From Diploschistes diacapsis (taxonomy: Eukaryota), in NCBI GenBank assembly GCA_023645945.1, contig JALAIB010000099.1, positions 1-32,689 on the forward strand: 32,689 nucleotides of DNA, read 5' to 3'. The position numbers and the translations under genes are program-made. Under the pieces are notes generated by a model, which made no database searches, was not told the DNA's origin, and worked only from the letters and a program-made list of their open reading frames with translations. Numbering within the stretch: position 1 is the stretch's first letter; each line of letters opens with the position of its first letter. Positions 1-13,200 of this stretch are shown here, piece by piece.

Positions 1-167
1 CCCCTCCTGGGTCCCCCAATGTCCATGCATCTGAAATCTTTTATCGGATTTCACCCCCTCCACTTTCCCTTCCTTCCCATACACTCTGCCTCTCTCGAAA
101 CCAGTTGATGCAGGTCGTGCTGCATTCGCTTGCTTGGCAGCAACCTGGTCGGAGCACATGGGCTCGC

Positions 168-1220
168 TCAAAGATTGGCGTAGAACGAACCGAGAGCGGA
201 AATCGAGCCGTCGGGGTTGAGAAGCGAGGACGAATCTGTTCTGGCGGGCCCGGAGTATGCATAGCGCGCGACATTGTCGTTGGACTCGAGCCACGGCACA
301 ATCTCGCTCAGGAAAGCGGTCGTGTCAGCATGGGCACCCGAGGCCAGGATGTTGTCTACCCAGACGGGCTTGCCCTTGGCGATACCGATGGCCTTGTTGA
401 CAATTTCCTTGAAGTTCGCGATGCTGGACGGAGCCCCACCGGCATCGAGTGTGTTGATCCAATGGATTGCGATAAAGCCGATGTCGCAGCCGGTGCAGTA
501 ACCGAGGAATGATTCCAGCCAGTCGAAGTCGGCGTCATTGGTTAGCATGCATGGTGCCCCGACTGTGGCGCCAGCCGTAGTCCAATTCTGCAGCTGCTGC
601 ATCCAGTCATTGGCCCCTGTTTGCGCGTCCATGGGGTGCGAGCTTGTGAGGCCTGGCTCGCCGTAACTGAAGAAGATGTTGTTTCCAGCCTCGAGTGCTT
701 TCTCGGCATTGATTTCCCAGTTAGCGTCATCCGAAGCGAAAACGTTGTAGCGCTGCGGAATGAACTGGATCTTTGGATCGAGGCCTTCCGATGGAGCCGA
801 GTAGTAGTTGGACGTCCATGTTATTTTCGGGGTCGCATCGCTGGTGAAGGCTTTGATATAATACTGAATATCATCGGGATCGTCTAATGGCATTATAATA
901 CCGCGCTTGCCCTTCCCGATCTGTGCAGAGATGGACGAAGAGGATCCGGTGGTGCCGTTGGTACCTTGGCCACCTGAGGTTGGAACGGAAGCCGGAGCGG
1001 TGCTGGAAGCTGTTCCAGTAGGTATGCTTGAGCTGCTGCTGGTAAACGTAATGGTACTGGAAGCAGCAGATGGCTCCGGATTATCCGGGCTGCAACCATC
1101 AATCTCTTCATCAGCCTCAGCTGCTCTCTGCATCACTGCATCTTCAGAAACGCGGTAACTAGGCATCGCCAGTGCGACTGGAAGAAGCATGACTGCGAGT
1201 TTCGAGACGAGACCACGCAT
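168..1220 (-). CDS. Secreted GH128 / Asl1-like (alkali-sensitive linkage protein) beta-1,3-glucanase-family protein, ~350 aa
   Basis: Likely start is ATG at 1220 (MRGLVSKLAVMLLPVALA, signal-peptide-like). A Ser/Thr-rich linker follows, then GH128-type motifs GKRG, W..NY, FIPQ, GEPG, FIAIHW, KPVWVDN, WLE..D.VARYAY and LL..DGS.S.LG.FY. The extension to 1448 in the ORF track does not look coding. Confidence 0.85.
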   Translation of the reverse strand: MRGLVSKLAVMLLPVALAMPSYRVSEDAVMQRAAEADEEIDGCSPDNPEPSAASSTITFTSSSSSIPTGTASSTAPASVPTSGGQGTNGTTGSSSSISAQIGKGKRGIIMPLDDPDDIQYYIKAFTSDATPKITWTSNYYSAPSEGLDPKIQFIPQRYNVFASDDANWEINAEKALEAGNNIFFSYGEPGLTSSHPMDAQTGANDWMQQLQNWTTAGATVGAPCMLTNDADFDWLESFLGYCTGCDIGFIAIHWINTLDAGGAPSSIANFKEIVNKAIGIAKGKPVWVDNILASGAHADTTAFLSEIVPWLESNDNVARYAYSGPARTDSSSLLNPDGSISALGSFYANL

Positions 1221-1635
1221 TTTGACGGTGTATTGACGAGTGCTGAATAGTTGCCTTTGTGAAGAGGTGCAAATGCAAGAAAAGATCGACCTAGGCGACT
1301 TATAAAAGGAGTGCGGTGTACAGAACAGAATGAGTGGCTGCTCAGTTACACAAGAAAGACAGAAAAGCTGTTGAAAGAAGGTAAGGAAGAAGAGTAGGTT
1401 TCGAGGAGGAGATGAGATGGTGGGGATTTTATACAAAGTGATCCTCAAGGCAAGGTTGATTGATAGTCAATAAATAATAAGCAGGCCTTTGAAATTGAAG
1501 GCACGCGCAAAAGCCTTTTCCCTTGGTGACACCATTGACCTAGTCGAGGTCTGGGGTGTGGTCTCGACTCTCTGCGTATGAATACTTGAAACTGAGGATT
1601 TAAGGTAATGGGGGTTCTATACAAAGAGATGACAG

Positions 1636-1780
1636 GAGTATAATTTAAAAATTGTTGGATCACAAATCGATGGCTCAGAATTCAGACCATGGTCCACGGC
1701 CCAGATAATAAGAGTATAATTTAAAAAATCGGTGTATCACATACAGACACACAAATCGATGGGCTCAGAACTCGGACCAC
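1636..1780. repeat. Imperfect local direct duplication (units ~1636-1690 and ~1712-1780)
   Basis: GAGTATAATTTAAAAA ... CACAAATCGATGG(G)CTCAGAA(T/C)TC(A/G)GACCA occurs twice, with a short insertion in the second copy. Confidence 0.85.
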
Positions 1781-2897
1781 GACCCTCTGGTGCTTATTTT
1801 TATGCCAGATCCCTTTGGGGTGTAGCTTCAGTCTCCCTAACAAACCTACATGCTGTCGGCGCCTTGGGTCTGAAGGCGAAAACGGCTTCGTTTGGGTGAT
1901 ACGATCTTGGTATTAGTTGGTAGGAGGCAACAAGATCGCCGAGTCAGAGTCAGAGGCGAGAGAGAGCGTGTGCGGTTTTGCTGCAAGGAGCTTGGTGTTT
2001 GGTAACAAAGAGACATCTGAGGAGAGTGCCATGCTTTGAGTATTTGAGGGAGGCACTCCAACTTGCCCTCAAGCTTACTGAGGATGCTGTTTGCCACCTG
2101 CACGCGATGCCATAAACAACCCGTGCTTCCTGTTGGCCTTGACAGCTTGTGATTGATCTAATATCGCGAGTTAGCAAGATGAGGACCTTGAGCTGCTCTG
2201 ACACGCACGAGAGCCGCGCAATCAAAACATTCAAGTGGAGTTTGAAGTCGTAGTCATCAACTGTAGTGGAGTGATGGAAGGCGTATAGATCAGATCTGCA
2301 GTCGTTCCCCGAGCAGACGCTAATTGAAGGCCCTCCAGAATCCTAAACTCTAAAGCTTGAATTAACTTCTGTTTGTTCGTTTTGTTTTGTGTTAGGCGCC
2401 TGTTTTTCAAGTCCGGAGATCAGCCTCCGGCACTCCGATGGTAGCTGTGTGACATTGGGAGGTAGCAGTCCTTCTGGAATGCAGTACAACTACATCCATC
2501 TACCTGCCTCGAGTACGTACATTCGCATATTGGAGACTCTGGGGAAGTATCTTCGAGTCTCTAGTTATTAAGTCGGACGCTGCAGTTCGTGAAGCTGCCC
2601 ACGACTTATGCGAATTCTGTTAGGCACTTATGATCACGAAATAAAGCACACCATCCCTCTTCAGACCACTAACGTTACATGCAAGCAGATTGATACGATG
2701 ATTTTATATCTCCTGTTAAGTACGCATACATCAACCACGCATACACTGTGAAAAATAATGCTTGTTCAGTCAGATACCCTCATTCAACTCGGGGGTTGTA
2801 AATACATAGTCGGCAACAGCCGCGTCAAAGACCGTTTGGCCGTCTCAATTATTCATATCTCGTCTCCTCAAACATCGATAACACGATAAAATTTGGG

Positions 2898-3590
2898 GAT
2901 GATGATGATGATGATGATGATGCGTGCAGCAAACAGCAACGTAGTGTTCGCCAAGAGCGCCAAGAGCGCCAAGAGCGGCAACAAACCTGAAACGTGGTCT
3001 GACAAGGCGCTTGACCGTTTGCAGTCAAGCGTGTGTCGTATGCTGACCATGAGAAATGGAACTTTAAACGGAACTTGAATCATTTGGGGGGTGAAGCTGA
3101 AACAAGCAGGGGTCAAGCGGGATCAACCGGATCAACTGAATCAACCGGATCAACCGGGCTCAGCTGTACGTCCCTCTTGTGTGTGGTGTGTCGCTTATGC
3201 TGTTGTATTATCCCCTCTGGCTTTTTGTCCTATTGGCCCTTGGAACGCAATGCAATGCCACACACGCAAAGATGTGCAAAGAGCAAAAGAATGACACTGC
3301 TCTTCCCTCGGGGGTCGGGGGTCCCCCTACCTCTCCCTCTCCCTGTCCCTCTCCCTCTCCCTACCTGGCCCTGGCCCTGGCCCCTCCTCCTCCTCTTCTT
3401 CTTCTTCTCGGATGCTGCAAATTCTATACTACTACTAGTTGTAGTCTAGTAAGCCACGGGAGCACATGAGACGCGGTGCTGCAAACGCTTTTGGTCATAT
3501 CGTTTGCCTCCCAATTCCTTCCGGAGTTTCTCCCTCTCTGCAACAACATCACCGTCAAGACATCTACCTAACTTGAACTTGAACTTGAAC
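2898..3590. repeat. Cluster of simple repeats in the divergent intergenic region upstream of STE11
   Basis: (GAT)8 at 2898-2921; (GCCAAGAGC)3 at 2950-2976; four GGATCAACC-like units at 3120-3155; CCCTCT/CCCTGG/CCT/CTT tract at ~3324-3409; (AACTTG)3 at 3570-3590. Confidence 0.9.
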
Positions 3591-4333
3591 CATCTAACCT
3601 TAATCATAATATTATTTCTATTATTCAGCCATTTGTGAGGGTTGTTCCCGAACGTCGTCGACCAGCAGACAAAGGAAAAGCCACGCCATAAACTTGCCGG
3701 TTCTGTCTGCTGTGTGGCTTTGTGCGGAGGATGTTCTCTAGCTCGACCGCCGCCAACAACTTCTGCTACAACACGCGCTGACTACGAGTGAGCCTTTCCC
3801 GCCCTAGGAATATTCCACAACGCTCCACGAACACACAACATTCTGTGTCTCCAGACGCCGTTCCTTCACTCGACCCCTCTCTCTGTACCCAGGTCCTTTG
3901 GTGGGCATATCGACAACAAATCCTTCAAAACCTGCAGCGGCCGAACAGTACAAAGTGAGGGTCACACTAGGCTGTTTCCACCTCGGCGTACCGGCGCCTC
4001 CCATTCACCTGGCACTCCAGCCTCACACAACAAAATTGTCGCTATCACGATTCACTCTATCACCTCTGCATCCGATCTATAGCATTCCTCAGCAAGCGGC
4101 TGATTCTTCAGCGTTGCTACAGTTGTTAGCATATTCGAACCTAGGCTCATCGAGGATCGTCTTGGTATTCGGATTTGACTGAGGCGTTCGGGCGCGGACC
4201 ATTCCGTCCTTTGGCTCGGCTGGGCGAACCTTACCGATATATCTTGACTCACATTAGCGGGTCAGAGCCACCGTTCCTTTCTCATGCAGCTTCGATAGCT
4301 TTTGGCCGTCGAAAGGAGACAAGGCTTTGAGCA

Positions 4334-7288
4334 ATGGCGATGCTAGCTCACAAGACCTCCCTGCCAATGGGCATGGGAATGGGACCTACATCCGTCCCAA
4401 GAGACTACCCTTCAAGCTCGACTAGCCATCGGGCTCCAATCTCCAGCTCAATGCACAATGGCTCTTTTGCGAGTCCCACCGAATCGGAATTCTCAGAAGC
4501 ATTTGAGGGCCCCGATGCTGTCCGGTACGTCATCTGCTTCAAGCAATGCTCTGCTCCATATATTAGCTAACCATGGCTTAGGACTTGGGACGAGAAGAAG
4601 GTTGGAGATTGGCTGAAGAGCATCGGTTGCGGTGCCTACGCCGACCTATTCAAGTGTTGGTGGACCACCCTCTATCTTCGAAACGGGCCTTGCTGACAGC
4701 TTGTTTTAGCGAACCATGTCAACGGGAGCAACCTGATTGAATGCGATCAAGCAGTCCTGAAGGAGATTGGAATCAAAAAGATTGGCGACAGAGTGAGGCT
4801 GTTTATTGCCATTAAAGGTCTGAGAAACAGAAGCCTACCCAATCAGAAGAAGCGTAACCGAGACTCCATGGCTATCATGGACAAACAAACCATTTCTACC
4901 TTTGCACCACCCTCTGCTGGATCTCCCAAGGCTGTAAGCCATCTCCGAGAGCGTTCAACTGGAGGCTCGATAGCAAGTCGACGTTATTCACGTCACATGG
5001 ACCCTTCCAGTCTTGATTCGCTCTATGGCTTGGGAAATGCCAGACCTGCATCTCCCTTGGCAGACCCTGACGCGCGGTCGCGATCACATCGGTACGGGAA
5101 TATGAGTCCCAAGGAGGGCGCAAGAAGGGAACAGCAAGCGACCTACTTTAGTAACCCAAATTCCGCCAAAACACCGTCCAACTGGCGGCCCGAAACCCCG
5201 GCAGATGCGCCTCTGAGCGGTAAAACTACCTCTTCAAGGTCGAACCTATCGACAGATTCCACAGTATCCCAATTGCCGGCGAACATGCCATTCGTTCGGG
5301 TCATCTACAGTGGCGGTCAGACGAAAGTCGTCGACATAAGGGACTGCAAAACTGGCGACCAGATTGTACTGGCCACCTTGCGCAAGCTTGGGTTGCCCGA
5401 GAATCAAGTCAAGAATCATTGCTTTTATACCGCGGACGAATTCTGCCAGGAGCCGGACTTCTGTAGGCGTCTGACCGAGAGCGAGCTTTCACGGTTGTGC
5501 TCCGACTTATCGAGGCCTGAGAGGGGCCGGCTCATACTTCGCAAGATACATGCTGGCGAGCCAACGTACGAGGAGATTGAGCGAGCTCGCTCCATCAATC
5601 GGGAAGAAATTAGCCAACACCACATAAAGGCAATTGCTACTAATAACGCGAGAAACATGGCCAAGATGCAGAAACTCACGGGCGAGCCTCTGAGTACTAT
5701 GCAGTATCCGCTATCCCCTGCTACCTTTGAGGCTCCAAGCCATCCGTTCGGCCCGAAAATGGACCGTCCTAGACCAACACCCAGGATGAACCCAGTGCCG
5801 GAGTTTTCGCCACCAAAGCGAACCGACTCTCGCCGTCAGACTAAACCAATGAGACAGTTCCTTGGCGCCCGTCCGCCAAGCGAATTGATCAGCCAGGAGC
5901 TCACCACTTATTTCCCGGACCATGAGAAGGATGAAATAGAGAAGGCGGTCACACTTTCCCAAAGACGATCCGCTAGGCTGAGCCGAGCCATGAGCCGCAT
6001 GAGCATCGCCAGCAACATAAGTGTGGCCTCAAGTTTGAAGGATGCACCTCCTATGCCAAGTATAGCCGATCGATGGCTCGACCAATTGCCACCCGCCACC
6101 AATTCACGGCCAAACTCACAAGCTTCGCGCCCTTCGAGGCCCTTATCCGTATCGAGATTTCCAGGCTCGTGGCGTGACTCTGTGATATCAACTTCGCTGC
6201 AGCCTCTGCAAGAGGAGTCACCAACGGAACCAAACCGCAAGTCATATGTCTCCTTCGACAGCTCCTCTGACCACGCAGCAATCAACGTAACTGACCCCAG
6301 CGGAGCGTCGACCAATTTTTCAGACGATGCAACGGGTAGCGGGACCAACAGTAACCCGGCTGGATCCATCACCGAGCATTACCGTACCGCGATTGCTGAG
6401 GACGGTGAGGATCCCGACGCCGAGCTCGACGACTTCCTTCGGGACGACTCTTGGGACAATGTCAAGTGGATGCAGGGAGCTCTCATTGGGCAAGGCTCTT
6501 TCGGCAGCGTTTTCCTGGCATTGCATGCCATTACCGGCGAACTCATGGCGGTGAAACAGGTCGATGTGCCGTCGAAAGCAAGCAGTGATATCGACAAGCG
6601 GAAAGAGGCCATGGTTGCCGCTCTCAGACGTGAGATCGACCTTCTCAGAACCCTCAACCACAAACACATTGTGCAGTACCTTGGCTCCAACGCCAAGGAC
6701 GATAAATTCAACATCTTTTTGGAGTACGTTCCAGGAGGCTCCGTGGCTGCCATGCTTAATAGCTACGGCAAGCTGAAAGAACCTCTGATTCGCAACTTCG
6801 TGCGTCAGATCCTCGAGGGTCTATCCTATCTTCACTCGAAGGATATCATCCACCGTGATATCAAGGGTGCTAATGTCCTTGTCGATAACAAAGGCAATAT
6901 CAAGATTTCCGACTTCGGTATTTCAAAGCGCGTCGAGGTGTCAAATCTGGGCAATCCCGCAAAGCACAACAACCGCACCTCACTCCAAGGCTCCGTTTTC
7001 TGGATGGCCCCCGAGGTCGTCAAGCAGACTTCTTATACCCGCAAGGCTGACATCTGGTCCCTTGGCTGCCTGATCGTCGAGATGTTTACGGGCGAGCATC
7101 CCTTCCCGAATTGCAACCAGCTGCAAGCCATCTTCCAGATCGGACAAAAGGCCAAGCCGGCCATCCCGGAGGATGCGAGCGAAGAAGCGAAGGCTTTCCT
7201 GGACAGGACATTTGAGCATGATTTCGAGAAGAGACCGAGCGCGGATGAGCTTTTGCAGGATCCTTTCTTGAAGGTACGGGTGGATTGA
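4334..7288 (+). CDS. STE11: MAP kinase kinase kinase Ste11/SteC (SAM + Ras-association + Ser/Thr kinase); exons 4334-4524, 4582-4655, 4710-7288
   Basis: Removing introns 4525-4581 (GTACGT..GCTAAC..TAG) and 4656-4709 (GTTGGT..GCTGAC..TAG) rebuilds an in-frame SAM domain (WDEKKVGDWLKSIGCGAYADLFKSNHVNGSNLIECDQAVLKEIGIKKIGDRVRL). RA region RVIYSGGQTKVV; kinase motifs GQGSFGSV, AVKQV, HRDIKGAN, DFG, GSVFWMAPE. Confidence 0.96.
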
Positions 7289-7747
7289 TCTACTGACTAT
7301 GTGATATCGAACAACTGGCTTTGGAATGGGGCCAATTGAGCAGTTGCGCGGAGAGCTCGAAGATTGTATGATAGCTTATGATATACGCCTTCACGTGGTC
7401 TGGAATCACGGCAAATGGCTTTATGGCGTGCTATACGAGAAAATAACTAAATGAAGAAGGATCTACTCCAAAATTATTCTTGTAAAATCAACCTGCGTTG
7501 CTTTGATTATCTGCAATCCGAAGCTTTCCCCTAGTTGCTAAAAGAGCGGCGGAGTTGCTCTCTCCAAATGGCCTTGGGCTTGCCGGGCAAACCCCACCAC
7601 CGTTGTACCGAGTCCCAACCGCAAAAATGACGTGGTCCGCAGCAAGCGATGTGAATTATTAGGGTATTGCAGCACTTCAAGAAGCTCAATGTGCAGTCCT
7701 CATCAAAATCACACGCACAGCATCGCAATCCGCTTACCATAGTCAAC

Positions 7748-9849
7748 ATGCCTCTGGCGAAATCCAAGAATGCGGTCGGCCTCGGCAACAGCCTGATGAA
7801 TGACCGCTTCGGCAAAGGCAGGGGCGCAGATAGAAAGAAGGTGTCCGCTGGCGGCATACAGAGGAGGGGGCCTGGCGGGGAGACTGTGAGTCGCCCTCTG
7901 AACCGTGAGAACATAGTGACAGCTGCTCAAGAAATTCGCAGTACATCACCAACGAGAAGGAGGATGCAGCATGGGTCAAAATGCGCAGCGTGACCGAGCA
8001 AGCCGCTCTCGACGAATTTCTTAGCACCGCTGAACTGGCGGGAACTGACTTCACAGCCGAGAAATTGAATAATGTCAAGATTATCCACACGGATCAGAAG
8101 AACCCCTACCTACTCTCTGCCGCCGAAGAGCGATCTGCACTAAGGAAGCAGAATGCAAAAAGGGATGGCTTGACTGTACCCCGCCGGCCGCCATGGGACG
8201 AGCGCACGACGCCGCAGGAGCTCGATGCCCGGGAGAGGGCGAGTCTGATGGAATGGAGAAGAGGACTGGCGGAACTGCAGGAAAACCACGATTTGCTGAT
8301 AACACCTTTTGAGCGCAACCTGGAAGTGTGGCGGCAATTGTGGCGGGTGATCGAACGAAGCGATCTGGTCGTCCAGATTGTCGATGCAAGAAATCCATTA
8401 CTGTTCCGGTCAGAAGACCTGGAGAGGTACGTTAAAGAGGTGGACAGGAGGAAGAGGAATTTGTTACTGGTGAACAAGGCGGACATGATGACGCTGGCGC
8501 AAAGGAGGGCTTGGGCTGAATATTTTGAGGGCCTGGGTATCAATTTCAAGTTCTTTTCGGCGCATTTGGCGAGACAGTTCAATGCAGCCGTGGAATCTTC
8601 AGGGGATGAAGAGAGCTATGAAGATGATGAATCGCTACTGGAGGACGAGGACCATGAGGATGAAGGGAAAATAAACGAATCTACCACTGATCAGGGGAGC
8701 GGGATGCTGGATACGGTCCCAACTGGACACACTCTAACGAAGGAGGCGGAGAAAGTGGAGATAGAGGACACAGTTGAACAGGAGGAGAAGTGGGTCGACG
8801 AGGAAGATCTGGAAGACCAGGATCCGAGGACGAAGATATTAACGGTGGACGAGCTCGAAGCGCTGTTTTTGGAAAACACGCCCAACATCGAAGTGCGAGA
8901 TCCAGACAATCCTCGGAAAACTCAGATCGGCCTGGTAGGGTATCCCAACGTCGGGAAGTCGTCCACAATCAACGCCCTTATAGGAGCCAAAAAGGTCTCT
9001 GTTTCAGCAACACCGGGCAAAACAAAGCATTTCCAGACTATCCACCTTAGCTCGGAAATGATTCTCTGCGATTGTCCAGGGCTCGTCTTCCCAAACTTTG
9101 CCACAACCAAAGCTGAACTCGTCTGCAACGGCATCCTCCCAATCGACCAGCTACGCGAGTACACTGGCCCCGCAGGACTCGTCGCTAAACGAATCCCTCA
9201 AGCATTCTTGGAAGCCCTCTATGGCATCAAGGTCCACATACGGCCTCTTGAGGAGGGTGGCACGGGCATACCAACGGCATCCGAAATCCTATACGCTTAC
9301 GCCAAAGCACGCGGTTTCGCAACGACGGGCCAAGGCCAACCTGACGAATCGCGGGCCGCCCGATACGTTCTAAAGGACTATGTCAAGGGCAAGCTTCTCT
9401 TCTGCCATCCACCGCCAGCGGACCCCCCGATCGACCCACAGGAATTCAACCGCGAGCTCTACGATTCCGAACACCTGCCACAGAAACGGCGCGCCCTCCT
9501 GGCCGCGCAAGCCGAGGCTGCGATCAACGACTCAGACGAGGTATCCTTGATGGACAATCCGGAAATTGTCCCTCGGCCGGGTGTACAGGGCTCGAAGACA
9601 AACCGGCTGGACAAGAAGTTCTTTGGCCCCGGGCAGAGCAGCGAGGGCCATATGTCCATGCCTTTCAATTACAAGTACAGTGAGCAGGGGCGCATGGCAC
9701 CCGGCAAGCAGCTCAGCGGGAGGAAAGAGAGGACAATGATTGCTCTGGAAAAGGGGATAGATCCGAGCGAGGTGCAGACGAATGGGAAGAGGCATTTCAA
9801 GGGGGCGAGGAGAAAGCAAAGGAATAAGAGGGAGGTGCAGGATGAATGA
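7748..9849 (+). CDS. LSG1: Large-subunit GTPase 1 (circularly permuted GTPase, 60S export); exons 7748-7885, 7942-9849
   Basis: N-terminus MPLAKSKNAVGLGNSLMNDRFGKG; intron 7886-7941 (GTGAGT..CAG) joins in frame. TPFERNLEVWRQLWRVIERSD, VQIVDARNPL, G4 NKAD preceding G1 GYPNVGKSS, G2 TPGKTKHFQT and G3 DCPG. Confidence 0.97.
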
Positions 9850-10291
9850 TGTGCGCAAGGTCACAGGGTGCATCTATGGGAGTATAAGTAGATTTAGCAG
9901 CTTCGAAGGAGCCATCGGTGGTGTACAAGTAGTATTGGCTCTTTTGCTGTATATTCTGAGTTGTCACAGTGCAACAGATCATGTCGGGTAAATGGGTCCG
10001 CCGATTGCTGAAAATGCTAAGAAGAAGCAAAAAGAAAAGCACCCCCCACGCCTCCACCGAGTAGTTGGCTGGTCTCTTGGCGGCCACAACCCATGCAAGC
10101 ATTTCATGATGATGATTCACATCAGGTTACTATGCTTTGATGAGGGTCTCCTCCTTACTTGACAGAGCCCCAAGACGCCTGTCCTTTCTTTTCTGATGTA
10201 CTGAAATAGGAGTAAACCAGGTTGGAGCGCTTCATACGGTCTGTCGGTGGGTGGGGTCGGACGTGAACAGGTCACATTTTCTGCTCAGATA

Positions 10292-13200
10292 ATGTTCGCC
10301 CATTGTCAGCCTCCGGTATGGAGAGTTGACGATTTCACCCAATGCTTCCAAAGAGAGTATGTCGACCGTCCCGTTGGATTGATTGATGGCTCGCCCGCTG
10401 ACTCGCTAGTTACTTAATTACGCTCTTGCCGCTAATTTGCTGCGGGCTTTCTTCACTCTATGTGGCCGCCCAGGCGGCTCAACACTATGTACATAAAGAG
10501 GCAAAGGAATATGGTCTAATTAATGGCGGCGTGCCTCCTCTCGCAGGAGAGCATGGGCAGGATGTCGACGACTCCATTGAATATCTGAGCGGAGGGGTTG
10601 AAGATGCCGAAGCCATCCTGGAACAAGCAACCCCCGCGGACACCTGGATTGAGGTCAACAGGCCAAAAGCCGGGATTGTGATTATAGTCATGGAGGTGCT
10701 ATGCTTGTTGGGCCAGTTCTGTATAGCTCTAGTGACATACTTTGCCAACGTATGGGGACAAAGATGGAAGACTGCTGCTGTGTCCTCCGTCTTCGTATGG
10801 GGATACATTCTGATCCTCGGACTGCTCAGACTCTCTATAGCGGCTCGAGCCAAACCCCCTCTCGGGAGGTTGTGGTACCATACTGCGGCTCTCTACTGGA
10901 TTCTGTGGTTCATTTCGACGGCACTCTTCCGGTCCAAGATCGTTCATCCTGGACCGGGTATCTCACAGAGACTGTCAATCGGCACATTTGTGTTGAATAC
11001 AATTCTGGCCCTTATTGCGCTCATAAGTCGGAAAGGCAACCGTAATGTCATCCTGGTGCGTGAAGGCGAGATTGAGCCGTCTCGAGAAACACGTGCTAGC
11101 GTTCTCTCTATCTTAACATTTGGATGGCTAGATCCTTTGATATTGAGCGGATGGAGGAAGCCTTTGGAAATTGAAAGAGTGTGGAACGTGCTGCCAAAGG
11201 AGAAGGCAGGGGCAGTCCTCTCGAATTATCGGTTGTTCAAAAAGACCGGAATGCTTACGATCCACCTTCTCAAATTCTTCGCAGCGGATTTGCTTTTCCA
11301 GCAGATTTGGTCGATCATCGCTGCTTTGTTCATCTTTGTGCCCACGCTGCTCCTCAAAGCCATTCTAGAGTACGTTGAGGACCCGTCCAGTATACCGGCG
11401 TCGACTGCGTGGCTTTACGTCGTCATGCTGCTTGGTTCCGGCCTCGTTCAGGGTGTTGCCGACGGTCAAGCGCTTTGGAGAGGCCGCAAGATCTGCATCA
11501 AGCTAAGATCCATCATGGTTGGCGAAATATATGCCAAGACTCTGCGGCGCAAGGCTGCTTCTTCTGGCGATACTGATATGAATGCAAGCGACGAACAAGG
11601 TACTGGAAAAGACAGCAAAACTATCCGATCGTCCCTGAAAAGACTTTTTGGTAAGAGAAAGGAACCTCAGCCTGAGTCCGATGCAAACAGCATATCCAAG
11701 AAGCAAATTGATGCCGAAACCCAGGTTAATTCTGGAACCATCATCAACTTGATGTCGGTAGATTCTTTCAAAGTCGCCGAGATCAGTGCGTACTTGCATT
11801 TTCTTATTCCCTCTGTTCCTGTTCAACTGGTCACGGCAATTTACCTTCTCTTCCGAATCCTAGGCTGGAGCGCATTCGCAGGCGTCCTCGTCATGATCGC
11901 CATCTTTCCACTCAACATTTACTTTTCGAAACAGTTCTCAAACGCCCACAGGAGGATCATGGCAGCCACTGATGGCAGGATCCATGCCACGAACGAGGTC
12001 TTGCAAAATGTTCGGATAATAAAGTACTTTGCGTGGGAAGAGCGATTCTCGCAAAATATTTCCGAAAAGCGGCATGTTGAGCTTCAAGCGCTCAAATTTC
12101 GGTTCATCCTTTATACTGCAGCATCGGTAGTCTGGTTCGGGGTGCCGATGATTATCACCGGATTTTCCTTCTGCCTGTATACAGTCGTAGAGAAAAGACC
12201 ACTGTATCCATCCATTGCTTTCACGGCGTTGTCATTGTTCACCCTGCTGCGTTACCCGCTAGATCGTCTTGCTGATATGATGGCGCGTATTCTGGAATCC
12301 AAGGTTTCAGTGGATCGAGTTGAGAAGTTCCTTTTGGAAGATGAGACAAGCAAGTACGACCAGCTCAGTCCGAAACCTGAAGTAGACGGTCGTGACTTCA
12401 TCGGAATGAAGAAAGCAAGCTTCACGTGGGGATCCAAGAACGAGCCACCCAAAGCTGATAACCCAGCATTCAGGCTAATAAACGTAGATGTTGAATTCCG
12501 CATCGGCGGGCTCAATGTCATAGCTGGGCCTACTGGATCTGGGAAAACCAGTCTTTTGATGGCTCTTTTGGGGGAGATGACGCTCCTGAGTGGCAGTGTC
12601 TACCTTCCTGGTGGTTACGATAGGCTCAGGCTGAGATCGCGCGAGGACGGTCTGACAGAATCGGTGGCATACTGCGCTCAGCAAGCATGGCTCGTCAACG
12701 ACACGATCAGGCAGAACATAACCTTTGCAAGTCCGTATGATGAGCGGCGCTACCAGAACGTACTTGAAGCCTGTGCTCTGAAAAGGGACCTTGAAGTTTT
12801 CGAAAACGGCGATGAGACCCTCGTTGGCGAGAAGGGCATCATCGTCTCTGGAGGACAAAAGCAGCGGATATCGCTCGCGCGAGCCCTGTACTCCAACGCA
12901 AGGCATATTTTGCTCGATGACTGTCTCAGCGCTGTGGACTCGCACACGGCTCAACATATCTTCGAGCACTGCATTCTTGGACCATTGATCCATAATCGTA
13001 CTTGCATTTTGGTAACGCACAACATCGCTCTCTGCGTGCCGCAGGCGCAACATGTTGTAGTATTAAACAACGGTAAGATTAAAGCGCAAGGTAAGCCAGA
13101 GGAGGTCTTGGCGTCCGGTGCGCTGGGCGAAGAGGCTCAAAGGTCGAGACCGGAATCCAAGGCTGGCTCAAAGACGCATACAAGAGGTGGGTCCACGACC

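Noticed and set aside
1221..1448. N-terminal extension of the GH128 ORF in the ORF track
   Set aside because: Pyrimidine-rich leader-like sequence; the signal peptide begins at ATG 1220.
2868..3469. ORFs with poly-Met, poly-Ile, PLPLP and DQP repeats (also poly-Gln at 16259-16486)
   Set aside because: They are translations of microsatellites in intergenic DNA.
10101..10207. C/D-box snoRNA candidate (ATGATGA at 10106, CTGA at 10201)
   Set aside because: Only a ~3-bp terminal stem, no rRNA-complementary guide that I can recognise, and it lies in the promoter/leader of the ABCC gene.
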